DNA of 64,000 bases, from the NCBI GenBank assembly GCA_043811535.1, contig JBDRNC010000017.1, positions 64,001 to 128,000 of the forward strand, given 5' to 3'. Position 1 is the stretch's first letter, and each line of letters opens with the position of its first letter. The DNA comes from Elusimicrobiota bacterium. Its GTDB lineage: Bacteria; Elusimicrobiota; Endomicrobiia; Endomicrobiales; JBDRNC01. The notes under the pieces are model-generated. The model had not been told where the DNA came from, did no database searches, and saw nothing but the letters and a program-made list of their open reading frames with translations. The translations under genes were made by a program, and so were the position numbers. Positions 43,871 to 52,968 of the stretch are shown here, in pieces.

Positions 43871-44462
43871 TAAATATTCTTTTAAATAATTTTATATCCG
43901 ACGTTTTAAAGGGTTTGTTTCTTTCAGGATGCCACATTATACCCGTGATCGGATGCTTTCTGTGCTTGATAGCTTTGACAATCCCGTCGCGTGCTATTGC
44001 CCAAGTGTGGAAAGCATCCTTTGAATTGTTTGTACCGAATCGATGGAAACTATTTACCGTAGTGATTTTATTGTTTATCAAGATAGGCATACGGCGCTTC
44101 ACGTGTCCTTTGATCTTGCGTAGTTTGATTCCGTAAATATGTTGTATGAACTGCATACCCCTGCATACGCCCATCAGGGGTAGATTATTTTTCTTGGCGT
44201 AATGCACTAGAATAAGTTCGGTTTTATCGCGTTCAGGAGTATTTCCTCCGTACGCGGCGAGAGTGTTGCCTCCGGTCAGAAGTACCCCGCATGGTTTAGA
44301 GCTACTGATGATGTTTCTGGCTATCAACGGATTATTCGGGATTAGCAGCGGCAAAATACCGCATCTTTTCAGGAACGCGGCCCATCTTTGGTCCAGAGAA
44401 TCCCTTGTCTCCTTTATTTCTTTGATAAAAAATACATTTTGAGTTATTGCGATTAATTTCAT
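43860..44462 (-). CDS. Class I glutamine amidotransferase-like (gamma-glutamyl-CDP-amidate hydrolase, Cj1417-like)
   Basis: LTGGN, GVCRGMQ (nucleophilic Cys), VNSFH and GIMWHPE (His-Glu) motifs; adjacent to the glutamine kinase. Confidence 0.82.
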   Translation of the reverse strand: MKLIAITQNVFFIKEIKETRDSLDQRWAAFLKRCGILPLLIPNNPLIARNIISSSKPCGVLLTGGNTLAAYGGNTPERDKTELILVHYAKKNNLPLMGVCRGMQFIQHIYGIKLRKIKGHVKRRMPILINNKITTVNSFHRFGTNNSKDAFHTWAIARDGIVKAIKHRKHPITGIMWHPERNKPFKTSDIKLFKRIFNAE

Positions 44463-44469
44463 TATTCCG

Positions 44470-46797
44470 TTACCTGATGATAATTACCTGCTTGTTAGGG
44501 CAGTCCAGTCTTATAGCTTTTGCTTTCGACCATTTTGAGAACAGTGTTTCCCCGCATCCGATAGCTGCTGGTATCCCGAGTTCGGCCGCCCGGATCGCCA
44601 TATGCGAATTGACCCCGCCGTACATCGTGATGAAACCTAATATACGGTGAGAGAAAATCCAGTCATAACCCGGATCAGCGTTCGGTATAAAAACTATTGC
44701 GCCCTTGATGTTTTTAAGGCCGGAATCCACGAATGCCACATTGCCTTCGGCGATCTTTAGCGTGATGAAATTGGGCTGGAACTGCGGCATGTGGAACGAC
44801 CAGACATCTTCCGGCTTAATTATCAGCGGGGGCAAAGTCAACTGACAGGTCAGCGAGTAATCCTTTTCGCCCTTAGTTATGCTCTCTCCAAAAGCTGCTT
44901 TAACGCTTCTACTCGAACCGTAAAGTTCCCTGGCCGAACAAATATCAAGATAAGATATCTGTTCCGTGCTGAATCCCAGTCTGTTTCCAGTTTTTTTAAT
45001 CAGCGATATGGAATCACTGACACTCTTTGTGAAAATGAATTTTGCGTATTCCCTGCCTTCTATAGACGCTTTTATGAATTCAAAAAGCCCTTCCGCGTCA
45101 TAGTTGAGTTGATGTTCCTTTAGGAGCGCGTCAGTTTTTTTCCGCTGTTTAACGGAAAAAGCGAAATTCCTGCTTTTTCCCCGTCTTTGCGGGTGTTTAA
45201 GTCTGTTCCATGAAAAATATTTATCCGGTTGTTCATCATACCTGGGTGAAAGAATATCGTAAGTCCCGGGGCGCAGGTGACCGTACCGTTCCAGGAAGTC
45301 CTTGCGGCTCAGAGCTGAAAAATCATAGGTCATTTTCGCTCCAACCGTGTTAAGGTCTTCCATAAAACTGTTGAATTCATTCTGATCGAGAATATTAACG
45401 TTGACCAGCGATTTGAGTAATTGAACCGCTATGAAAGCCGCTCGAGCAAGCCCGGCGAACGGCAATGTACCGTAACGTTTGCAGTATTCTATCAGCCAGT
45501 AGATTTTTGATATCTCGTCCAATGGGCTGTTTAATATACTAGACCTGCGGACATCAAGTTGTTTGATTTTTTCAAGATCGTTTCTCCAGAGGCCAGTGTT
45601 GCGGTTAATGATGTTTTTTGTGAGATTCCTAAGCGAATGGAGAATGCTGTCGCAGTCCCCGGCGCTGAATCCATTGGCACGTAGCTTCGCGAGGCGTCCC
45701 GGAAGATCCAGGGTATAGCAAGAAAAAACTATCTCGAATTCAACTTTATCGTGATTGAATGGAAATTTAATCAGCTGGTCTATATAGTAATTAACGAGCC
45801 TCTCGGTTAACTCTGGTTTAAGGTCAGCTGGCACGAAAGAGTTAAAATCAACTCTTAAGTCGATATACGGCAGACCGTAAAAACTGTAAAGCAATGGAAA
45901 GCTCCTGAGATTCTTGTACCCATAATTGTCGCGCTGGTAGGCCCAGATACTGTCAGTTATGAGTTCCTTGTAAAGGCTCAGCGCGAGCGGTCTCGGTCTG
46001 ACGCCGATCATTTCGGCCGGGTTCCAGTCGGGCATCACGCCAAGAACGGTGCGTTTCCCGTGAAGATACGGATGATATAGATTCAGCTCGCTGATTTTGC
46101 GGTTAATATCCTTAATCGCATTGAGGTGAAGCTCCGTATCGGCCGTTTTGAGTTTGAATGCGAGGGGCCGGACCTGCAGGAGGTATATCTCGTATTTTTT
46201 AGTAACTGCGAATTCGATGTCAAGCGAATCCGACGAGAAAAGCTCTTCAAGTTCGAAAACCAGATTGACGATTTTAGAGAATTTTGCCGGTACCTTCGTC
46301 CCGGAGTATTTATAGAAATAGAAAGCCTTGGTCTCGTTAGACTTTCCGGAGGTTACCGTAGATGTGTTGCCCGTGACATCATCATAATTTATAACGATAT
46401 AGTTTCCGCCAGTATTAGGGTCCCTGCTGAATACAACCCCGCTTATCAAGATGCCGGAAAGCATTGGTTGAATGAAAAACTGGTCATTCTTGCCGCAGTT
46501 ATCAAAGGATGATATTACTTTATTTATGGCGGAAACGAGTCCGTTTTCACCTATGACATCAGGTACTGAAGTGAAATGCCCCGCCATTGATGAGTTTCGC
46601 AAATCCTCAGAAAATGCGCTGCTTCTGACGATCATCGGGACGTTCATTAACCCCGAATTCCTGATTTTATTCAATACTTTCTTACGCGAAGTGTTCCATG
46701 CGTGTACGGTAAACGTTTGCTGGGATAATACCTTGGCGCCCGTTATCACGCGCGCGAGGCGCTTAAGTGTTTCGGCTTTAGTGCCAAATTTAATCAT
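44470..46797 (-). CDS. PEP-utilising-domain ATP-dependent kinase (L-glutamine kinase, Cj1418-like)
   Basis: 775 aa; IVRSSA..ED...SMAG ATP-grasp, GVMPDWNPAEMIG, YGHLRPGTYDI, ADPGYDW and GGVNSHMAIRAAE phospho-His swivel domain. Confidence 0.88.
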   Translation of the reverse strand: MIKFGTKAETLKRLARVITGAKVLSQQTFTVHAWNTSRKKVLNKIRNSGLMNVPMIVRSSAFSEDLRNSSMAGHFTSVPDVIGENGLVSAINKVISSFDNCGKNDQFFIQPMLSGILISGVVFSRDPNTGGNYIVINYDDVTGNTSTVTSGKSNETKAFYFYKYSGTKVPAKFSKIVNLVFELEELFSSDSLDIEFAVTKKYEIYLLQVRPLAFKLKTADTELHLNAIKDINRKISELNLYHPYLHGKRTVLGVMPDWNPAEMIGVRPRPLALSLYKELITDSIWAYQRDNYGYKNLRSFPLLYSFYGLPYIDLRVDFNSFVPADLKPELTERLVNYYIDQLIKFPFNHDKVEFEIVFSCYTLDLPGRLAKLRANGFSAGDCDSILHSLRNLTKNIINRNTGLWRNDLEKIKQLDVRRSSILNSPLDEISKIYWLIEYCKRYGTLPFAGLARAAFIAVQLLKSLVNVNILDQNEFNSFMEDLNTVGAKMTYDFSALSRKDFLERYGHLRPGTYDILSPRYDEQPDKYFSWNRLKHPQRRGKSRNFAFSVKQRKKTDALLKEHQLNYDAEGLFEFIKASIEGREYAKFIFTKSVSDSISLIKKTGNRLGFSTEQISYLDICSARELYGSSRSVKAAFGESITKGEKDYSLTCQLTLPPLIIKPEDVWSFHMPQFQPNFITLKIAEGNVAFVDSGLKNIKGAIVFIPNADPGYDWIFSHRILGFITMYGGVNSHMAIRAAELGIPAAIGCGETLFSKWSKAKAIRLDCPNKQVIIIR

Positions 46798-46799
46798 TT

Positions 46800-47570
46800 C
46801 TAGTCATCCCGTTTTGTCGATTTAACCGTCCACGCCCTTGTCTTATAGTACATCGTGACGGTTTCGCGTTGCGCGGTTAGGTCTTTGATAAAATTAAGTA
46901 TCCGGCTGAACTTCTTTTTTCCTGCTTGAACTCTGATATCGTTGACGGATTTCCAGACTCCGATATAGCGCTGCCTGCTCATTTTTACAATATGTCCCGA
47001 CTCTATGAAAACAGGATCCTTAAAATCTTTTGTTGAAACCAGGATGTTATCCATATTCTTTGTGTATTCTTTTGATCCGGAAGATACTCTTTTGAGATCC
47101 GGTAAAAGTTCCCTGATATATTTGTCAACACGCTGATCGGTGACGCTCTTTTCAAGGTCTCTTGGATTCCAAAGAACCGTCAGGAATCCTCCTTTTTTCA
47201 GGATCCTGCGGAATTCCCTTAAGGCTTGGGCGGTTTTAGTCCAGTGGAATGAAGACCCCATGAGCACCCAGTCAACAGATGAATCAGGAAGCCCGGTATG
47301 TTCAGCGGTGCCTTTTCTCCAGCAAAAATCACTCAAAGCGAGTTTTTGTCCTTCCTTGCGCATCGGGCCATTCGGCTCGACAGCGTACCCGGAAAAGCCG
47401 AGTTCCGCAAGGTTTTCAGTCAATTTACCGGTCCCCGCACCTACGTCAGCTACCTTAAATCCGTCCGAAAACGCGTTTATGTAGCGGCCGATTATTTCAA
47501 GGACACTGAGAGAGTATCCGGGCCTGTTAATATAATGTTTTGCTAATTCCGTGAAATCACCGTGCCTCAT
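46800..47570 (-). CDS. Class I SAM methyltransferase (Cj1419/Cj1420-like phosphoramidate O-methyltransferase candidate)
   Basis: GDFT.LAKHY.NRP.Y, DVGAGTGKLT, AVEPN..MR.EG, SSFHW, WNPR, RVSSG and W.SVNDI..QAG motifs; start at ATG 47570. Confidence 0.82.
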   Translation of the reverse strand: MRHGDFTELAKHYINRPGYSLSVLEIIGRYINAFSDGFKVADVGAGTGKLTENLAELGFSGYAVEPNGPMRKEGQKLALSDFCWRKGTAEHTGLPDSSVDWVLMGSSFHWTKTAQALREFRRILKKGGFLTVLWNPRDLEKSVTDQRVDKYIRELLPDLKRVSSGSKEYTKNMDNILVSTKDFKDPVFIESGHIVKMSRQRYIGVWKSVNDIRVQAGKKKFSRILNFIKDLTAQRETVTMYYKTRAWTVKSTKRDD

Positions 47571-48093
47571 GAGTTCGCTCCCTGACAATTTTCTTGTAGT
47601 GCAGTTTTATTATCTGGCCGGGCGTTAATGCCCCATCGTTGTTAATTACGATGTCCGGGTGTCGGGGTTCTTCGAAGTGCAGGTCAACTCCGACAACATT
47701 TATTAGTCTTCCTTTATGCGCTCTGCTGTAAATCCTTTTTCTATCTCTTTTTACCAGTACTTCATATGGTACTTTCAGGTAAATTTCTCTATAATTTTGT
47801 ATGTTCCTGCGGTTCCATCTCCGAAGGTCATGGAACATCGAAATAGTCGAGCAGATTACATCAATATTCTGATCTGAAAGTAATTTGCATAGTCTCGCGT
47901 AGCTGTAAGCTAATTGTTTTCTTTCGGCAACTGAATGACCGAACTTATTGCCAAAAACCCTTCTCAGTTTGTCTCCATCCAGCATGATGACATTTTGCTT
48001 CACTTTCTTAATCCTTCCTAGTAAAAGCCTGGCTATTGTTGTTTTGCCTGACCCCGAAAGCCCGGTGATCCAAAAAGTGGTTCCTTTTTTCAT
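47557..48093 (-). CDS. Adenylyl-sulfate kinase-like P-loop kinase (cytidine diphosphoramidate 3'-kinase, Cj1415-like)
   Basis: FWITGLSGSGKTT, LDGD.LR, STISMF and VGVD..FEEP motifs; gene context. Start at ATG 48093 (48105 also possible). Confidence 0.8.
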   Translation of the reverse strand: MKKGTTFWITGLSGSGKTTIARLLLGRIKKVKQNVIMLDGDKLRRVFGNKFGHSVAERKQLAYSYARLCKLLSDQNIDVICSTISMFHDLRRWNRRNIQNYREIYLKVPYEVLVKRDRKRIYSRAHKGRLINVVGVDLHFEEPRHPDIVINNDGALTPGQIIKLHYKKIVRERTHEAR

Positions 48094-48111
48094 TTCATTT
48101 CCCATTTAAAT

Positions 48112-49398
48112 TTAAAAAAGTAATTTTGTCAGGCGCAATCTGGGATTAAAAAGTTTAATCCAGCCCAGAAAGAGTTCGATACGGATGAAAGTATAATCTT
48201 TTAATATCAATAATCCGATTATGAACGGAGAAAAAAGGAATACGAACAGTTTCATGGGAGGAATCAATACCGCTATTCTGGGAATTACCTTCTTCAGCCG
48301 GCGCGTAAAAATAAAAGGGATCGCATTCAGTGCTTTATCTATTCTCCATTTCAAAACCGATATTTCAGATCTCAGTGGAAAAAAAAGCGTAAAAAAAGTG
48401 AGGAACCTTTGAGCGAAATCGGCACTTTTTTCCGGATACTCGTATTGCCACGCTTCGGAATGGCGCGCGAATAAACAGAATAATCTCGTCTTGTCGAAAT
48501 CACTGATAATGCCGGAATGCTTCTGCGAAACGATTTCTTTAGAAGTTCCTGAAACTCTGATGGAGCCCGGCATGTTCCACCATTTCATCCCGTCAAACGT
48601 GCTTTCAAGCAGGCAATCGTTCCATGGTATGCCGATCCAACCGCACAATTTTGTCATTATTACTTTTAGATCAGAATGCAGGTCTTCGAGGCGAACGGCA
48701 ACACTGTTGTCGAAACATTTGACGAAATGCGGCCTATCTCCGAACAACCGGTATGAATGAAACAGCCCCCAGTACTTACCCGTATCGTTCAGCAACTGGG
48801 CAAGCGAACATTCGACGGGATTCAAATGCGAATCTCCCCTCATGTTGTGGTTTATCAAAGAACCGAGGTTTCGCAAGGGATTTCTTACGGTATAAATGAA
48901 TCTTGCATCCGAAAAATCTTCAAGCAGGTACCCAATGTGCCTTTTGGGAAGGCTGTGGATAGGAAAAATAATAGTTTCGGAATGACTTAACGTTTTTGAG
49001 CGAATAGCGGCATATGTCTCAAAAACCGCAGTAAAAAAATTTCTTCTTGAAGGCAATCCGGATTCGCGGAGCCGGGCCCGCAAGCCTTCCCTGAATTCGT
49101 CAGTTGCTAAAAACACGGAATCCTTCATGTCTGGCCCCATCTGATCCAGTCCCCACAATTTCGGGGCTCCCTTCGGAGAGAACCAATAAGCATGCTTATC
49201 AATGAATGTATTTATAAGACCGTCGAGATCCTTGCAATTCTGATTTTCCCAAAAGTAGAAAAAATCTCTGCTATACAAGGCTGGTAGACATAAAAGGTCA
49301 GGATGACCGTCCAGAAGGCTTTGAAGAAAAAGACTGCCGGATCTTCCGTAATTCTGAACAGCTATGACATTATGATCAGCGGGTTTATTCATTAACAT
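48112..49398 (-). CDS. Sulfotransferase-fold (P-loop) protein
   Basis: YGRSGS..LQSLLDGHP (5'-PSB loop), FIYTVRNP (3'-PB motif), VRLEDL and LCGWIGIPW; hydrophobic C-terminus. Confidence 0.72.
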   Translation of the reverse strand: MLMNKPADHNVIAVQNYGRSGSLFLQSLLDGHPDLLCLPALYSRDFFYFWENQNCKDLDGLINTFIDKHAYWFSPKGAPKLWGLDQMGPDMKDSVFLATDEFREGLRARLRESGLPSRRNFFTAVFETYAAIRSKTLSHSETIIFPIHSLPKRHIGYLLEDFSDARFIYTVRNPLRNLGSLINHNMRGDSHLNPVECSLAQLLNDTGKYWGLFHSYRLFGDRPHFVKCFDNSVAVRLEDLHSDLKVIMTKLCGWIGIPWNDCLLESTFDGMKWWNMPGSIRVSGTSKEIVSQKHSGIISDFDKTRLFCLFARHSEAWQYEYPEKSADFAQRFLTFFTLFFPLRSEISVLKWRIDKALNAIPFIFTRRLKKVIPRIAVLIPPMKLFVFLFSPFIIGLLILKDYTFIRIELFLGWIKLFNPRLRLTKLLF

Positions 49399-49544
49399 GT
49401 ATTTATCTCGTTCCCGATACTGCTACTATCCATGAATATTTACTATTGTCCAGCCCGGAACTATAGAAGTTCCACATGCGCATACTGACGCGTGCTGAAA
49501 AAGACGATATCGCTTACCTTCCGAATGTATTCCGTCTGTCTTTT

Positions 49545-50516
49545 TCAATGATTATGTTTGTAAAAAGAACGATACCACTCTATCGTTTTACTGATCCCGT
49601 CATCAAGAATTATTTTCGGGTTCCAGCCGAACAGGTCGCGGGCTTTAGAGCTGTCCAGGCTGACTCGCGTGTTTAGATTCGGTTTAGAAGAATCGAATTC
49701 TATGTTAAGGTTTTTCCCTGAGATTTGGATTATTTTTTTGACAAGCGCGCCGACCCCTATCGAACTGCCGCTTCCGGCGTTAATCAGTTCAAATTTTGAA
49801 TTTTGCTTCGATACGACCGCTTTTACCAAGTCAACAAGATCCGCGACATGCAGTAAATCCCTTTCTTCTTTTCCTTCTCCCCAAACTGTTATTTTATCCC
49901 CGTCTTTAGCCGTCATGACTTTTGTCATGGTGGCTCCGAATACGTGGGAATGCTCAAGATCGTACTTGTCGTATGGACCGTATATATTAGAATGCCTGAT
50001 TACCGTGAATTTGGTATTTCCTGTCCTTGAATAGAATTCGCACATTTTTTCGTTGCAAATCTTTGTCCATCCAGCCCCGAAATACGCGCCCAAAATATCC
50101 TTATTGGCGTCGAAATCAGTTTCCTTGATGGGAATTTCGCTCGATTGATACATTATCGTACAGCTGAAAAAAACAAGATGCTTGACTTTCAACTCAACCG
50201 CGTTCTTGAATATCAGTGCGTTCATGACAGCGTTATCGGTTACGTGATAATGGGGTTTGCTGAATATATCTTTTACTCCGGAAGTTGTTGCAGCCGCCTG
50301 AATGACTATATCAATGCCGCTTAATACGCGTTTAACGTCCTTTTCGGAAGTAAGATCGGCTTTAAGCATCTTAATCTTTTTGGATTTTAACGGGGCCGAG
50401 TCAAGGAAAGTGCCGTAAACCTCGCAGGCGCGATTTTCGGAGAGCGACTCCGCGATATTCCTTCCTATAAAACCGGTGCTTCCGCAGACGAGTATTTTCT
50501 GTTTCACTTTGTCCAT
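49545..50516 (-). CDS. NAD(P)-dependent epimerase/reductase (GDP-fucose synthase-like, atypical)
   Basis: GSTGFIG, SNIYGPYD, SHVF and VWGEG.EERD motifs. Start at ATG 50516 or GTG 50507. Confidence 0.82.
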   Translation of the reverse strand: MDKVKQKILVCGSTGFIGRNIAESLSENRACEVYGTFLDSAPLKSKKIKMLKADLTSEKDVKRVLSGIDIVIQAAATTSGVKDIFSKPHYHVTDNAVMNALIFKNAVELKVKHLVFFSCTIMYQSSEIPIKETDFDANKDILGAYFGAGWTKICNEKMCEFYSRTGNTKFTVIRHSNIYGPYDKYDLEHSHVFGATMTKVMTAKDGDKITVWGEGKEERDLLHVADLVDLVKAVVSKQNSKFELINAGSGSSIGVGALVKKIIQISGKNLNIEFDSSKPNLNTRVSLDSSKARDLFGWNPKIILDDGISKTIEWYRSFYKHNH

Positions 50517-51490
50517 GTTTTCATGTTTTGTTTCCACCATAGAGTTGTATTTATTATCCCATCCTCCGTAGTATGCTCTGGTTTCCAATCAAGCGACTTC
50601 AACGCTTTTGTTATATCTATTGAACGGAGTTTCGCCGTTGTAGGCTTGTCGGACTTGTATTCGATTTTCGACGGGTTATGCCCCGCGGCTTTCAACGCGA
50701 GTTTTACGGCTTCGGCCACTGTGATCTTGCAGCCCGAACCTATATTGAATGTGTCGAACTTGATCCTGTCGGCGTTTAGCATTGCAATAACTGCGGCCGC
50801 GAAGTCTTCGGAGTAGATCACATCCCGCGCGACATCCGGTTGTCCCCATATTTCGAAAGGGTCCGTTCTGTCTACTGCCTTTCTGATCAACGCGGGAATG
50901 AATGTGGATGTATCCGGATCAAATTTGGAATACGGCCCGAAAATATTCGAGGCCCTGACGATCAATACTTCAAGGCCGAAGCTGTTATGCCAGAACCTGC
51001 ACAGCTTTTCAAGGTACCGCATGATCCAGGCGACTCCGTAATAAGCCGGATGAGGGTCTTGATTCAGGTCAAGCTGATCCTCTTTAATGTCCCCGTCAAA
51101 TTGCTGGTACACCGTAGCCGAACTGATGAAGACTACCCGCTTGACTTTCTCCGCGTGAAAAGCCTCAAACAGTCGTGCGTTGATTATAAGATTGTCGCTG
51201 ACTTGCAGGTGCGGCTTGGAAACGCTGGAACTTGCGCCGTATGAATTTGCGGCAGCCATAACGGCACAGTCGCATCCTTTTGCGGCCTTCCTGCAGTTGT
51301 CCGGATCCCTAAGGTCCGATTTTACGTATTTTATCCGCTTATCCTTGATAAGAGGATTTGTGGTCCTGTAGGAGGCCGAAATGAGCGTATTCGGATAGAA
51401 AGACAGCAGGTGCTTAATGACAGCGGTGCCTGCCAGGCCGGTTGCTCCGGCTACAAATACGCGTTTATTGTCTAAATATGAGTTTGGCAT
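50504..51490 (-). CDS. NAD(P)-dependent epimerase/reductase (GDP-fucose synthase-like, atypical)
   Basis: GATGLAG, SNIFGPY.KFD, IPALIRK and IWG....RD motifs. Confidence 0.82.
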   Translation of the reverse strand: MPNSYLDNKRVFVAGATGLAGTAVIKHLLSFYPNTLISASYRTTNPLIKDKRIKYVKSDLRDPDNCRKAAKGCDCAVMAAANSYGASSSVSKPHLQVSDNLIINARLFEAFHAEKVKRVVFISSATVYQQFDGDIKEDQLDLNQDPHPAYYGVAWIMRYLEKLCRFWHNSFGLEVLIVRASNIFGPYSKFDPDTSTFIPALIRKAVDRTDPFEIWGQPDVARDVIYSEDFAAAVIAMLNADRIKFDTFNIGSGCKITVAEAVKLALKAAGHNPSKIEYKSDKPTTAKLRSIDITKALKSLDWKPEHTTEDGIINTTLWWKQNMKTWTK

Positions 51491-51581
51491 AAATGATGAC
51501 GTTTAATGTGATTTACGTTTTGCCGCACCTTGTAATACTTGCCTGACCGTATAATCCCCCAAAGATAAGTGTCATAAGAAA

Positions 51582-52820
51582 TTAGTTTTTATTCAATATT
51601 CTTTTCATCATTTTAAATAAACCCGAATTTTGCAAAAATTCTTCAATGAAATATACGTATATTTGATAAATACTTACGGTTTTATGCCTTAGAATGATCG
51701 ACAATTCTTCAAAAATCAGCTTAAACTTCAGCATTTTGACAAACTTAAAAATGAGACGGAATCTAAATGATGTGAAGATTTTCAAATATATGCTATCAAG
51801 ATAGATTGTAACATCCTTGTATTTTTTAATCTTTCTTTGCGCGTTGACCGTTTTAAACAGCATCGGTACAACAGATTTGACATCGTAATCCTTAATTGCC
51901 CTGAGATGTCCTTTCAGGGCCATTCTTTCTCTTTTTTCATCGTATTTGAGATAATACCGTATTTTATCGAGCAATTCCTCTTTATCTCTGAAAACATCTA
52001 TTTCTTCGCCAATATTGAAAAGCAATTCGGTGCCAGGGGCGTATTCAGTCAATGAGAAGCTGCCGCAGAGCGCTGATTCAATTATTCTGCCTTTTAATTG
52101 GAGCCTTCTCTTGTGAATATTAAATTGTGTTGTAAATGTCGTCTCATCAGTAATTCCGGAAAAATTTAAATTGATTTTACTCTTATTGAAAGTGAGTATT
52201 TTTTCTTCAAATGCAATTTTCCCTTCCGGCGTGTCATCGCCGAATATTTTAACATCCACGCCGTTATTCTGTAAGTATTGAATATATGTGCTGCGGGATA
52301 ATTTATGTTTGGTCAGGCCAATGAATGAAACATCAATAGTTTTCTTGATTCCTGGAATGTTTCTGTATCGAATTGGGTCGAAGAAACCCCAATAAGTCAT
52401 AGCATTAACACCCATCCAGTTAAACATCGATGGAGTGGCAAAATCCGTGACAAGAACAAGATCGGCGATCTGTGACTGGTATTGGTTAATCACTTCGAAA
52501 TAATGCTCGGTATCGCTAACAGAGTAGATTAAAAAGATATTCGGCAATAATTTCCTAAGAAGAACGATATCTAAAAAGAAATTCGGAGCAAATATCAGGA
52601 CATTGAATCCGTTAGAAGTAACATAGCGGGCGATATGTTCATGAGTGGGTGAAAAACCATTTTTCAGGTAAAATTCTACGTAATCCAAGCTTTCAGTGTA
52701 TTTGTATTTCATCATCTCGTTGACGAAATCGACGCCCGAGTATTCGCTTCCCTTGGCGTTGCCGAGGATTAGAATTTTCATTTTATCATGATCACTAAAG
52801 GTTTCATTCATTGGATTCAT
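51582..52820 (-). CDS. CgeB / Glyco_trans_1_2 family glycosyltransferase (paralog of 36723-37970)
   Basis: IDVSFIG, SKINLNF, QLKGR..E, LTEYAPG and YYLK..EKRE.MA..G patterns. Confidence 0.78.
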   Translation of the reverse strand: MNPMNETFSDHDKMKILILGNAKGSEYSGVDFVNEMMKYKYTESLDYVEFYLKNGFSPTHEHIARYVTSNGFNVLIFAPNFFLDIVLLRKLLPNIFLIYSVSDTEHYFEVINQYQSQIADLVLVTDFATPSMFNWMGVNAMTYWGFFDPIRYRNIPGIKKTIDVSFIGLTKHKLSRSTYIQYLQNNGVDVKIFGDDTPEGKIAFEEKILTFNKSKINLNFSGITDETTFTTQFNIHKRRLQLKGRIIESALCGSFSLTEYAPGTELLFNIGEEIDVFRDKEELLDKIRYYLKYDEKRERMALKGHLRAIKDYDVKSVVPMLFKTVNAQRKIKKYKDVTIYLDSIYLKIFTSFRFRLIFKFVKMLKFKLIFEELSIILRHKTVSIYQIYVYFIEEFLQNSGLFKMMKRILNKN

Positions 52821-52968
52821 AATATCATCATACTATTTTACGTCAATTCCGCGGTTGTGCCCGCCGCGGCGGGTCTGACTCCTGTCGGGGGAGGAATGCG
52901 AGCAGAGCCGTCCGACTTCGTATGGACTCCATAAATATGCCTAAGGAACTCGCGGGAGGTCGCGTGAT

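Noticed and set aside
44470..46797. PEP synthase / pyruvate phosphate dikinase, or phosphonate biosynthesis
   Set aside because: The His-swivel domain is C-terminal with no pyruvate-binding barrel, and no PEP mutase is in the window.
43097..48093. cysC/cysQ as sulfate assimilation genes
   Set aside because: No ATP sulfurylase or reductase is in the window, and the genes interleave with Cj1416-Cj1419-like genes.
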